A stretch of DNA of 64,000 nucleotides from Negaprion brevirostris (GCA_030324005.1 JARDVH010000001.1:139425612-139489611); one strand, 5' to 3'; shown: positions 50,639 through 62,728, numbered from the stretch's first letter. Notes: generated by a model from the sequence alone, not told the origin. Numbers and translations are program-made.

Positions 50639-51304
50639 ACGCCTGTGACATCCTACACATTTGGATTGTTTTAACAAATTTTTATTATAATATCAGATCT
50701 AGTATGGAATTAGATAATCTTGTATTTGAGTAACAATTTTGCCTTTCAGTTAAGTTTTGAGTTCAGCTCTCACTGAAGTGCTTGTGCGCATATATTAGAA
50801 TTAAAGAACCCTTTGGTTGTTCATGTGGTTCATNNNNNNNNNNNNNNNNNNNNNNNNNNNNNNNNNNNNNNNNNNNNNNNNNNNNNNNNNNNNNNNNNNN
50901 NNNNNNNNNNNNNNNNNNNNNNNNNNNNNNNNNTGTCAAAGCTTTAACAAAGGGTCATCTGGACTCAAAACGTCAAATTCAAATTCTTTGTCTCACTCTC
51001 AGTAGCATCAGGTCATGCGAGTCCACAAAATTCAGACTGACAATGTGTTGAAGTGAATCTATCCTTCTGAGGACCAGAGCATTGAATTAGCCATTTATAA
51101 CACTCCTGCAGTTATGCCAACAACGTACATTGAAGTTACTGCCCGACATTGGGACAGTCTCAATGGAAATTCCAAATCACCATTCTGAGGTCAATAGAAG
51201 TTTAGTTACTTTTGGTGAGAGAGGTCTATGGAGTGACCAATGTCTGTAAATCTCTGGTTTCAAGTCCAAAGTGAAATGGCAGCCATTCTTTCTCTCCCAT
51301 TTTT

Positions 51305-51625
51305 CATAGAATCATAGAATCCCTACAGTGCAGAAGGAGGCCATTCTGTCCATTGGGTCTGGACCAACCAGAATCCAACCCAGGCCTGTAACCTCACATA
51401 TTTACCCCACTAATCCCCCGATGTTCGGGTCAGTTTAGCATGGCCAAACAACCTAACTCTCATATTTTTGAATTGTGGGAGGAAACTGGACCACTTGGAG
51501 GAAACCCAAGCAGACACAGAGAGTACATGCAGACTCCACATAGACAGTGACCTGAGGCCAGAAATGAACCCCAGTCCCTGGCGCTGTGAGGCAGCAGTGC
51601 TAACCACTGCACCATCATGCCACTC
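51305..51625 (-). mobile_element. HE1-type V-SINE
   Basis: CATAGAATCATAGAATCCCTACAGTGCAG...GCAGCAGTGCTAACCACTGCACCATCATGCC. Confidence 0.9.
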
Positions 51626-52462
51626 CATGCCAACATTTTAAACAATGGAATCTGAAGTGTGATGGCTGTAAAAATTTAATATTTTTAGTTTGAGAACTCA
51701 CCCAATCACTTTGTTCCTCTTAATTTGTACAGCAAACATTATGATGTCCATACTATTTGCTTACTACAGGTAGTTCTTATCACATGATTGATACAGCTGT
51801 CTTGCTGTCATAGTTTCAGAAATGCAACAGAAAGCGAGATTCTAAAAGAAACAATCAGATCAAAAAAAACCTGACAGCTTATTAAAAAAAAGTATTGCAT
51901 TTGCCTGGCAATATACAAGTGCATGTTTGTGCTTACAGAAGCATATTACACAGGACAGCCCGGGAGGAAAATAACAATTTGATGAGTTGATTTTCTGTGG
52001 AGTTTAATTTTTGAGTGACCTACTATTTGAAGTTCTTCTGCTGTTTATGCCCTTATCCCTTTGCCAGTTATTTTCACTTCAGCAGCTGGGTTCTACCTTG
52101 CTTCAATAAAGAAATTCAGCACCTAGGTAAAGTTGAAAACAATTATGAAGACATCTGTGTTTTGCAACCTGCCTCCATCTACGTTTGCAATGTTCATGGG
52201 CAGAAAACTAAAATCTTTGGCTCCAGGTACAAAAGTATTTGATTGTTGCTACATTCCTGATAGTTAAAATCAACATTTGATGAGAATTATTTACTTAGCT
52301 AGAGTTGCAGAGACTACTTTTTTAACTGTAATGTCATTCTCAGCCATCACATAAATATTCAACACAAAAACACGAAATGCTGGAAAATCTTAGCAGGTCT
52401 GACAACGTCTGTGGAGAGAGAATAGAACCAACATTTCAGGTCAGGATGGCCCTTCTTCTTGT

Positions 52463-52755
52463 GGGTGGCACAGTAGCATGGTGGTTAACCCCGCTGTCTC
52501 ACAGCGTCAGGGACCCAGGTTCGATTCTCGGCTTGGGTGACTGTGCTGAGTCTGTACATTCTCCCTGTGTCTGTGTGGGTTTCCTCCAGGTGTCTGTTTC
52601 CTCCCACAATCCAAAAGATGTGCTGGTTAGGTGCATTGGCCATGCTAATATTTTCCCTCAGTGTGCCCAACTAGGCACCTAAGTGTGATGACTAGGGGAC
52701 TTTCACAGTCATTTCAGTTCAATGTTACTGTCAGCCTACTTGTGACAATAAATTA
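52463..52755 (+). mobile_element. V-SINE with HE1 head and alternative 3' tail
   Basis: HE1 head and V-domain, then GACTAGGGGACTTTCACAGT...GCCTACTTGTGACAATAAA. Confidence 0.82.
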
Positions 52756-53521
52756 ACTTCATCTAAATAAATATTCCGCAGGACTACAACAATCCTCTTA
52801 CAATCAAAAACAAATGATGTCACACAAACACATTCTTCTTGGTCGTGTAGCAAAAGGATCTGGTACCTGAAGGGTTAACAGGGTGATGTAAGAAGACACA
52901 TGATCTAGAGTTAAGCCTCAGTTCTGAGGCAGTAGCAACATGTAAGGACCTAATATGTGATCCTCTCCATACCTTTACCCTCAATACTAAATATATACAT
53001 CATTCTGTACAGTTAATAAAGACTTTCAACAAGATTGCTTCAAGATGCCCAAATAGTACACATCACAGGTAGAGACAACAGAACACATCAGGTTATACTT
53101 TGCAATCATTGAGCACAACCTCTCTGTTGGAGTTTTTTGGTATCTCAAGTGAGAAAATGTTGAACTGATCCAGTTATCAGCCTCAACTTGTGCTCCAATG
53201 TGACTACCCACCATTAGAGAAGTTTCCCTATGCTGAGCTGGGCAAGGACCAACAGCTGAAATACCATGTTGAAATGCAAAAGTCGTGCAAAAATATTTAT
53301 TCGGGAGAGCTGTACATTTTTAAATGTTTTACTCCATAATTAAAGTTACAACGCCAGTGCTCAGAAAGGACTGGGCAAACCCAAACCAATCCTTGCTTGC
53401 TCCAAAAACCAAATTCAAATTCCAACTGAATCCAATTCATAGTCCTCACTAGAGAGACAAACAAGATCCAAGCTGTCAAGATAAAGCATTGTACTTCATC
53501 TTGGGCTTGATCTGATACTTA

Positions 53522-53643
53522 GCGCAGGATTTTCTGGACGCACTCGCCCCAAGGATGGAAATTCCCACCCGAGCAAGGTCCACTGAATTTTCGGTCCCCC
53601 CCATGACAATTCCTGTGGCAGACAGGATGGGACAATTCCTCCC
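53522..53643. mobile_element. Short Harbinger-like MITE
   Basis: TTA|GCGCAGGATTTTC...GACAATTCCTCCC|TAA. Confidence 0.65.
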
Positions 53644-54004
53644 TAAATCTCAGTCAAAAGGAGAGACCTACTGTGCTTCCTAAAGTTTGCCCTCTGTTAT
53701 CCAACAGTAGAACGTCATTAATAGCCAGGGAGAAGCCTTATCATTCAAGTTACAGGATAGAGCGTGACAACAGAGTAAAGTAAAATCTGAATTACATAAA
53801 AATATTGACACACCCACACAGAATCCAAAACTCAAACCTCAGATTGTGATGAATGCACATCAGCACAGTATCTTAAATGTGTATCTGAAATACCTCTGAG
53901 TAATAAGGGGGTGGAGGGGGCAGGGAGGATACACCTAATCCTTCTGCAGCTAATTCAGTCAGCCAAACTCAAAAGCGTGCATGCCTCAAAAATAACCAAG
54001 GCAA

Positions 54005-54417
54005 GAAAGAATTTGATTTACATAGCACCTATAAGGAATGTTCTAAAACCTTTTGTAGTCAATAAATTATTCGTAAACTGTAATGTGGACAAATTCAGTA
54101 GTCAATTTGCAGCCAGCAAAGTCATATGAATAACAGTGTGATGAATAAAAAACTAATCTGTTTAACTGGTGTTATTTGAGGGATAAGTGTTTGCTCAGCC
54201 ATCAGTGGAACTATTCTGCTTTCCAGATAGCTAGAGAATCTTCCCCACTTACCTGAGCAGGAAGATATGGGTCTTAGTTCAGCATCTCATCTGGAAGACA
54301 GCACTTCTGATAGATCAGCACTGTCAGCCTGGGTTGTGTTCTCAAAACTCAGGAATGAGACTTGAACCATATGACTTTCTCACTTCGAAGTAAGAATTCT
54401 ACCACTACGCCAAGACT
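54005..54417 (-). mobile_element. SacSINE1/DeuSINE-like SINE
   Basis: GAGGGATAAG..., CATCTCATCTGGAAGACAGCAC, TGTCAGCCT and GACTTGAACC resemble the recalled Deu-domain and tRNA head on the reverse strand. Confidence 0.68.
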
Positions 54418-54444
54418 AATGTAATTAATGGATCAATAATCAAT

Positions 54445-54748
54445 GGGCAGCATGGTGGCACAGTGGTTAGCACTGCTGCTTCATCACACCAGGGACCCAG
54501 GTTCACTTCCCAGCTTGGGTCACTGTATGTGTGAAGTTTGCACGTTCTCCCCGTGTCTGTAAGCATTTCCTCCATGTGCTCCAGTTTCCTCCCACAGTCT
54601 GGTGGTTAAATGCTGGGCAGATGCATTGGCCATGCTAAATTCTCCCTCAGTGCATCCGAACAGGTGTCGGAGTGTGGCGACTACAGGATTTTCACAGTAA
54701 CTGCATTGCAGTGTTAATGTAAGCCTACTTGTGACAATAATAATAAAT
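54445..54748 (+). mobile_element. V-SINE with HE1 head and alternative 3' tail
   Basis: GGGCAGCATGGTGGCACAGTGGTTAGCAC...GATTTTCACAGTAAC...GTAAGCCTACTTGTGACAATAATAATAAA. Confidence 0.85.
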
Positions 54749-55280
54749 TACTGAGGCATGTGAAAACACCAATGAGTTTCTCGAATAGATTAGTTTGAAC
54801 AACATGGATAAGTTTACCATTAATTCCTTCAAACAGATGTCACTGGTCTCATTTACACCTCAGTAAAAAAATCATCAGTTCCAAAATGGGATCTGTTGGA
54901 AATTCTCATACTTGCTCGTTTGGAGATGTCAACCAGTGTGGCACAGAATTACAAAGCATACACAAAGTCAGAAGTGTGACTACATAGTGGATCAGTGCAA
55001 ATGTTCAATCACCTCATTCAACCCAGCCTGTCAATGATGTGCTTTAGTGACCACCAGGACATAAAACTATCTCAAATTTGGAACAATATTAGTAGTTTCA
55101 GTCAGGGAAGCCGGAAGTAGGCCAGAGTTGAAAGTGGAAATGTCACAAAATTTTCATTTTCATTTTCTAATTAATTTTGACACCGCTTGCATTCTGATGC
55201 TGAAAGAACAATTGGTCAACAATCACATCTTCGCAAGGTGACACTTCGGAAAGTCATTTATAGAGCTTGCAATAGAATAA

Positions 55281-55591
55281 TCATCGAATCCTACTGTGCA
55301 GAAGGAGGCCATTCAGACCATCGAGTCTGCACCAACCACAATTCCACCCACGCCCTATCCTCATAATCCTATGCATTTACCCTAACTAATCCCCCTGACA
55401 CGAGGGTTAATTTAGCATGGCCATTCTACCTAACCCACACACCTTTGGATTGTAGGAAGAAACCAGAGGAAACCCAGGCAGACATGGGGAGAACATGCAA
55501 ACTCCACATAGACAGTGACCCAGTCGGGAATCAAACCCAGGTCCCTGGCGCTGTGAGGTAGTAGCATTAACCAATGTGTCACCGTGCCGCC
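55281..55591 (-). mobile_element. HE1-type V-SINE
   Basis: Tail, V-domain and head are all present on the reverse strand. Confidence 0.9.
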
Positions 55592-56469
55592 TTGGAAAAT
55601 ACTGGTAGCTATGCCTTATTATAATAATGTTAGCCTTCAAGACACCTTCTGCACTCTGTCCCTCCAAAGCTCACATTTTTTCAGAAATGAGTTTTTGCTT
55701 TTTTTTGAGATGAGAAAAATTGACGATTGGGAAAAAAAACATTATTGTGATCCCAATATGACTAAATATTTTGATAAATCTGTAATTTATGCCTCTGGGC
55801 TGATCACCGGACAGAAGGAGCACATTTTAATAATTCTCATCAGTCGGTCACTACAACTGATTCACGAGCTACATGATATTCCATTCATTCATTTTAAATT
55901 GCATGGACTGCAAATGACCTTTCTGTGTTGCAATCCTGACATAGAATTCCTACTCTACTAAATTGTAAAGTTTGCTCCATACAGTTGTACTTTTATCCAT
56001 TAGACTGTAGATGATTTAAACCCTGTATTCCAAGTGAAACAACAGATGATTAACTATTGCTCTTTCATGGCTCCAGCTGAAAGACCATTCTCAGCACATA
56101 ATGCTAATTTTCATCAGTTATTAGTACTCTCAGTGACTTATAGGATTTCTTGAAGTCAACCTCATTAGATTTTCAGAGAGCAAAAAATAACTCACTTGCA
56201 AGAATTTCCATTCAGCTTTCAACTCTGCTGTCCATCATACTTCTTGGTTTCTCCAGTGGGCTCTCCAATTTCCGGTCCAATATTCAACCAAGGTTCAGAT
56301 ACAATTGCAATTAATTAAACATTGAACAGATCACATATGGATCTTTAAGCCTCCCCCATAAACTCCACACCATTGTCGCCAATTTCAGCCCTTTACCTGC
56401 AAGGTATCTTGTAGTGAAGCAGACTTTGCAACCCTGAATTCAGTTTCCAATCCCATACTTTCTCAGTCA

Positions 56470-56555
56470 CAAAGGTGGAACTCGGGTCCATAGAACATTA
56501 GCTGACTTTCTGGATTAATAAGTCCAGTGATGATACCACTAGGCCATTGTCTCCT
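56470..56555 (-). mobile_element. Head of tRNA/L2-tail SINE
   Basis: Reverse complement of the 63519 head (AGAACATTAGCTGA...CTGGATTAATA...ACCACTAGGCCAT). Confidence 0.65.
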
Positions 56556-56591
56556 CTATTGGAGTCATGTTTGCCAGGGCTGGACATTGAC

Positions 56592-57381
56592 ATTGAACAG
56601 TCCATTGTCCGCAGCAAACTACCCAGCCTTCAGGAGAGTAGTGACCACAATGCCACACAATCCTGCCATAGCAATCTCTGCAGGACATGCCAGATCATTG
56701 ACATGGATGCCATCATCTCATGTGAGAACATCATTCATCATGTACATGGTACATACTCTTGCGACTCAGCCAGCGTTGTCTACCTGATACGCTGCAGGAA
56801 AGGATGTCCCAAGGCATGGTACATTGGGGAGACCAAGCAGATGCTACAATGGATGAATGAACACCGCTCAACAATCACCAGGCAAGACTGTTCTCTTCCT
56901 GTTGGGAACACTTCAGCAGTCACAGGCATACGGCGTCTGATCTTCAGGTAAGCGTTCTCCAACGTGGCCTTCACTAACACTACACTGCAGAGTCACTGAG
57001 CAGAGACTGATAGACAAGTTCTGCACATATGAGGACAGCCTCAACCAGGATCTTGGGGTCATGTCACACTATCTGTAACCCCCACAACTTGCCGGAACTT
57101 GCAAAATCTCACTAACTGTCCTGTCTGGAGACAATACACATCTCTTTAACCTGTGCTTAACGCTGTCTCCATTCACATTTTCTGTATCTTTAAGACTTGA
57201 TTACCCTGTAAAGACTCACATTCCAACCATTATTTTGTAAATTGAGTTTGTGCCTTTATATGCCCTGTTTGTGAATAGAACTCCCACACATCTGATGAAG
57301 GGGCAGTGCTCCAAAAGCTAGTGGCTTTTGCTACCAAATAAATCTGTTGGATTTTAACCTGGTGCTGTGAGACTTGTTACT
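56592..57381 (+). mobile_element. Penelope-like retroelement, GIY-YIG endonuclease region and terminal repeat (5' truncated, disrupted)
   Basis: ORF 56547..56951 reads C...LCRTC...YSCDSASVVYLIRCRKGCPKAWYIGETKQ...MNEHRSTI (VVY/YIG motif with PLE cysteines); later TERLIDKF..GLN-like segment. Confidence 0.9.
57289..57323 (+). ncRNA. Minimal type I hammerhead ribozyme-like motif (probably inactivated)
   Basis: CAT-CTGATGA-A-GGGGC(AGT)GCTCC-AAAA-GC-TA-GTG: core CUGAUGA, 5-bp stem II, GAAA changed to AAAA, short stem I CAT/GTG. Confidence 0.6.
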
Positions 57382-58020
57382 AAAGAAAGTATAGAGCCAA
57401 TGTTTCTAGTCTAGAGGTTGCTTTATCAAAGCTGAGAGGAAAGAGAGTCAGCAGACTTATAGATAATGCTGTCAGACCTGCTGAGATTTTCTAGTATTTT
57501 CTGCTTTTTGTATTAAATATTCTAAATTCATTTTGCAGGATCTCTTTGACTAAAAGAAAAATTTTCCATTAAGAATATATTTGCGCTTGACAGTTAATGC
57601 AGTTAGAAGTATCAGGATTAGAAGATCATCCAGTTGTCAAATATTCCACATCAGTCTCTTCAAGCTAATGACATAAAACAAGTTAATAGCATGGACTTTT
57701 TGTGACAGTCTTTACACTGCTACGATACAAATCAGAGTAGATGATATAATCTCAAAGTCATTTGTCAGCAAGTTATTGTGACAGATAGATTGGACACCCA
57801 AGAGACACCACTTTATTTTAGGTTGAAGATTATTTCATCAACTTTAAACATTCCTATTAACTCAGGTTAACAGTAATAATGTAGTCAGATATGTTAATTT
57901 AAAGCTGATAGAGATTTATTTTGACTGTAATCTTGAAACTAAGGAAACAAAGTGATCATGTGGAGGAGACAGGAAACCTTTCATTTACCTCAGAAAAGAG
58001 CATTTCACCAAATCACTTTC

Positions 58021-58023
<3 letters not shown>

Positions 58024-58060
<37 letters not shown>

Positions 58061-58092
58061 TGCGCACGCGCATGCGCACTCATGCACACACA
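58024..58092. repeat. (CA)n microsatellite with RY-alternating extension
   Basis: ACACAC... run followed by TATACACATGCGCACGCGCATGCGCAC. Confidence 0.95.
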
Positions 58093-61000
58093 CCAGAGTC
58101 TTCTCCAATCCCCTGCAGGAATGGTTCGCAATAGCTCTCCACTTGCAGGGAGCTGGTCCAACCCCATTGGAGTGAAAGAGGGCCATGGAGGCCCCCAATG
58201 NNNNNNNNNNNNNNNNNNNNNNNNNNNNNNNNNNNNNNNNNNNNNNNNNNNNNNNNNNNNNNNNNNNNNNNNNNNNNNNNNNNNNNNNNNNNNNNNNNNN
58301 ACCAAATTTAAATTCTACCGAACCAATTTGGTGAGATACTGGGGAGACTTTGCTACCAGTCGGACTATTCAAAGAATAAGGATGGAAAAGCGAAAGAAAA
58401 AACTCTTAAAAATTTTAATATAAAGAAAACATTCCATTCAAAGCTCCATTCTCTGAATCCCTAAGACTGCAATATCATTAAATTATCTCACTTATTTAAT
58501 AACACAGATAGTCTGCTCGCAGGAAAGAAATATGTGAATATTTATTTATTTTTATCCAGGACAAACATAGTAAAACTCCAATTGTGTTACTAATAGAAAG
58601 ATGTATTTATGTAAAGCCCATATCAATCTTTCTGGAAATTAAGCTTTTATTGTATTCAATATAATGACAATGAAAATGTAAGTACAAATATATCGAGTTC
58701 CACCAATAAACCATTAGAAATTCCAAATCAAACCACATATATACAGCTTTCCATGAAATCATTAGCTACATAAAAAACATACTTTGTCAAATTTGGAGCA
58801 CATTTTGACTAATCCTAGTGACACATGGAGAGAGATGCAGGTCATACAGCTCAGCTAGATTTTTTCTAATGTCTCCACAAGGCAGCTGGAGAGAGATGAC
58901 TGTAACATTGATTACTGCCAACTTTGATCCGAACGCCTGAAAATTCCACAGGCTATTTTTTCACCCAGAGATCAGTAGAACAACTGAAAAATTACTATTT
59001 CTCTGGACTTTCCACTGATCACCCACCAAAGAGAGACCCCATGACATTCCAGGCCCTATTTTTCCATTATTAATGTCGCAACAGTTTGAAGAATGTGAAC
59101 AGGGATGCCTTCTCTTGACACCACACATTTATACAGGATGGAATAGAATACTCCTGGGCCAGAATAAACTTCCCTGTAAACAGTCACATTTGCATTGACT
59201 TTGTTTTCTCCAAGTAATCATTAAAATTACAGCGAAGCAGCACGTTGGTATTTAAAGAATTTTAGACAGAGATTTGCAGGTATGTATGTCTAAAAGTGAG
59301 GGTGCTGTGACTTTAAATCTGCGCAGTAAAGATGTGTTTTATTGCACGTGGTTTCTTAATCCACATTATAAATCATGAATCTATCATCTGGTGAACATGT
59401 GATTGTGGTGTGTGCTCCGATACTCACGTCTCTTCGGTTGGCTGGATAACAAGGGAGCCACACTGTAATTCACCCTCACAAAGCCGAAGGCTTTGAAATT
59501 GTGCCATGTGATAATAGCTACAAACACTTATTGTACTCATCTGAAACTCAACTCCCTGTTGTTTTAACAGAAGCATTAACTCTTCTTTAAATGGGCTAAA
59601 ATTACAGGGAGACCAATTTCAGAAGAAACTGTTGTACATATTAAGATGTATACATCAGCCATTTATATTTATTAATATGCAATGCAGTTTCAAAGCATAA
59701 ACGTTCTTTCCAGTTTAATCCAAATCGCTTCATGGTGTTGCATTGGGTCAAGTAATTCAAATTCAACTTGATAATAGTGGGATCCAAATCATTTCACCAG
59801 AGATTACAGATCAGAAGCTAACATAGTTACCGATTAGCAGTTGTGCTAAACATTTTCTGTTTGAGGGTAAAAATTGCCTTTGGAAGCAACTACTTTTTGT
59901 TTTCAAACATTCATCCTACACTCTGGAAGTCATTAGATCCTTGCTGAGATATGGCTCCACATGCCCTCTTGTTCAGCACCAGCACCGTGCCCTAGCTTTG
60001 ATTCATATGTGAGCCTCGACAGAACCATTGGAAGGCTATTAGACAAGCATCACAATTAGTGTTCACCTAACCTGGGCCAGATGTGTACACTGTCAGTAGG
60101 GGATGCCAGATATTGAGCAGGACCAATGACCAATTTTCCCCTATCTTTAACAAGGAACGCTGAGGTCAGTTGTGGAAATGCTTTTCTGCATTCCCAGTGG
60201 AGTACAGCTGCGCCGGTATGCACTGGGATAAACCCCTGGGACCTTCCCAGTTACTTAAACCTACTGAGCATCTGGGACAAAACACAGTGACAGTAATCAA
60301 ATCAGTGAAACGAAAGTGAAAAGGGTGGCTGTTTAATTAAATATTGGCAATTTCACTTTCAAATGATAATGTTACTCAGAAAATTGTAAAGGCGAGTTCC
60401 AATTCATTTTTTTGTTGTTTGCCGTACTGTTGATCTCACAACTGAAAACATCTGGGCAATATAAATGACATCTTGCAAGAATCCAGTCTGTTCTCAGCTG
60501 GCAGCTGACAAATTTGCCTCTCATCTCAAAACAAAAGCAGGACTGCCCTCTATTGATAAAAGAACATTCACTGCAACATTATACTACACACCCCAACAAC
60601 TGATTAAGAAATGAAGATGGTTTGAGTCTACCCCTACTAGAAAGGATGTCCTTGAGGAAATGAGCTGCTTAATTAAATGTTTTCCCTAACTTTATGTGAA
60701 AGCAGCGCAACTAGAAAGCATACTGTACCCAATAGATTTTTCTTCATGTGGTATGGAAAGCCAAGCCACCCAAAAGAAAATCATTTTGATTACTTTTTAA
60801 TTTATCCCGGTGAGATGTGTGATCCTTGCTGCCGTCGTTCGACAGAGACGTCACACAGTGAAGCAGCCTATCAGGGAAGGAAGTGAGCCGGCAAATATCT
60901 GTAATAAAAAAAAGAAAAACACAATCAATTTCCTGTACCACCTTCATGCTGCTGTGTTTCTGAGCAAGTCCCTCGAGTTTTGAAGAGAGTCGTCGCTACA

Positions 61001-61196
61001 GGATAGACAAGATCCTAAAGCTATCGTTAACACACAAGAACACACCTCATTCCATTTAACCCTTAGTGTGACAATGAGCAAACTCAAACACCACAATATA
61101 GAGTACTGGTAAATGAGGTATGAGGGTGAGGGTGATTTTGTTGAGCGGAAACTGTTGTAAGGCTACAATAAGAACGCATACAGCTTCTGCCATTTA

Positions 61197-61465
61197 TAGC
61201 ACTGCTGGCTGCCTCACAATGTCAGCAACTCAGGTTCGATTCCTGGCTTGGGTCACTGTCTGTGTGGAGTCTGCACATTTTCCCCATGTCTGAATGGGTT
61301 TCCTCCGGGTGCTCTGTTTTGCTCCCACAGTCTGAAAGACGTGCTGGTTAGGTGCATTGGCCATGCTAAATTCTCCAGGTGCCGGAATGTGACAACTAGG
61401 AGATTTTCACAGTAACTTCAGTGCAGTGTTAATGTAAGCCTACTTGAGACACTAATAAATAAATT
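61197..61465 (+). mobile_element. V-SINE with HE1 head and alternative 3' tail
   Basis: GGTTCGATTCC B box, V-domain, and tail GATTTTCACAGTAACTTC...GTAAGCCTACTTGAGACACTAATAAATAAA. Confidence 0.83.
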
Positions 61466-61624
61466 TTAAATTGCTCTATCTCAAAAGTGTTCAAGGAATT
61501 AGCTGACAACAATTGGTGAGTTTCGTGCTTTGTATTTTTAAAAATGGGGAACCAATTTGTCATATCTGATGTTCTGCCTTTTGTTATTCAGATGCGATCT
61601 ATAGAAGATCAGAAAAATAGTCAA

Positions 61625-62100
61625 CCTTTGCTTTGAGAGGGAACTCCAAAGCTTGGAGCCTAGATTGCTGAAGACATGGCTTCCAATGATGGGGTGAAGG
61701 GTCGGACGAACACACATCAGAGGTGGAAGGGTGCATAGTTCTTATGGAATGGTAGAGCTGAAGAAGGTTGCAAAGATAGAATCATGAATGTCATGGAGTG
61801 AATTGGACACAAGGGAGAGAACTTTTAGTTTTGAGGTGTTGGCGACCAAGCGCCAATGTAAGTCAGCGAGCATCGGTGACCCTAGGTGAACGAGCCTCAG
61901 TACGACTTTAGGTTTTGGCAGCAGTCTTATATGACCTCCAGTTTATAGTGGGTGGAAGATGGTGCATCAGCCCAGGATGAGGGCAAAAGTTGAGCCTACA
62001 GGTAGCAAAAACAATTGATGAAAGTTTCAAAAGCAGATACAGAGATGAGGCAGAGATAGGGATGAGCAATATTAAGAAGGCAGTCACTGTGGTGGAAGAA
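61625..62100 (-). mobile_element. Old L2-type LINE fragment
   Basis: GGGAACTCCAAAGCTTGGAGCCTAG..., CCAATGTAAGTCAGCGAGCA; reverse-strand counterpart of the sequence type at 17710-18126. Confidence 0.5.
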
Positions 62101-62682
62101 TCAAAGTGGAATCAAGGATCATGGGGACAGGCAAGGAATTGGTGATGAGGCTAAGATCTCATCAGTCATGGTCTTATGGCATGGTGGATCAGGCTGAAGG
62201 GACAAGATAGCTTACTCCTGCTCCTATTTCTTATATTCTTATTGGGAAATGTGCAGCTGGTTAACACACAACATAGTGTTGCAAGCATACATGGATCACC
62301 TTCATGGCAGTTGATGCTGTTCAGTCTTTTTGAGGATGATTTTTCCTTTGGGAGTTACATTATGCCTAACCAGAAACTTGGGCACTAAAGCAGCAGTTTA
62401 GAACCTCCAGACATGTTCAAATTTTGATCATCAATAATAAGGACTAAAACTGCAAGACTTTCTATATTTCAAATGTGTCTTATAAAGCCAGGGCCAACCT
62501 TAACAAAAAAAATCTAAATACTGAAAACAGGAGAGAATCGTGCCAATTTTTTTGGGTGAGTTAAAAATCCAATCTTTCACATTCTGAGGAAAAAAATGAA
62601 ACAAGATTTTTCTCCTGCCAGCAATGGAAGAAGGCAAGGCCGAAAGCCGTCAGCTCATTGCAGAGGGTACCATTGCAAATGT

Positions 62683-62728
62683 GCAGATCTCTCTGTTCTG
62701 TGCCGTTGCACAGAACAGAGAGATCTGC
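62683..62728. repeat. Perfect 21-bp stem, 4-nt loop hairpin
   Basis: GCAGATCTCTCTGTTCTGTGC-CGTT-GCACAGAACAGAGAGATCTGC. Confidence 0.95.

Noticed and set aside
53026-53260. Short minus ORF after a TTTCAG acceptor
   Set aside because: No homology recognised and weak splice signals.
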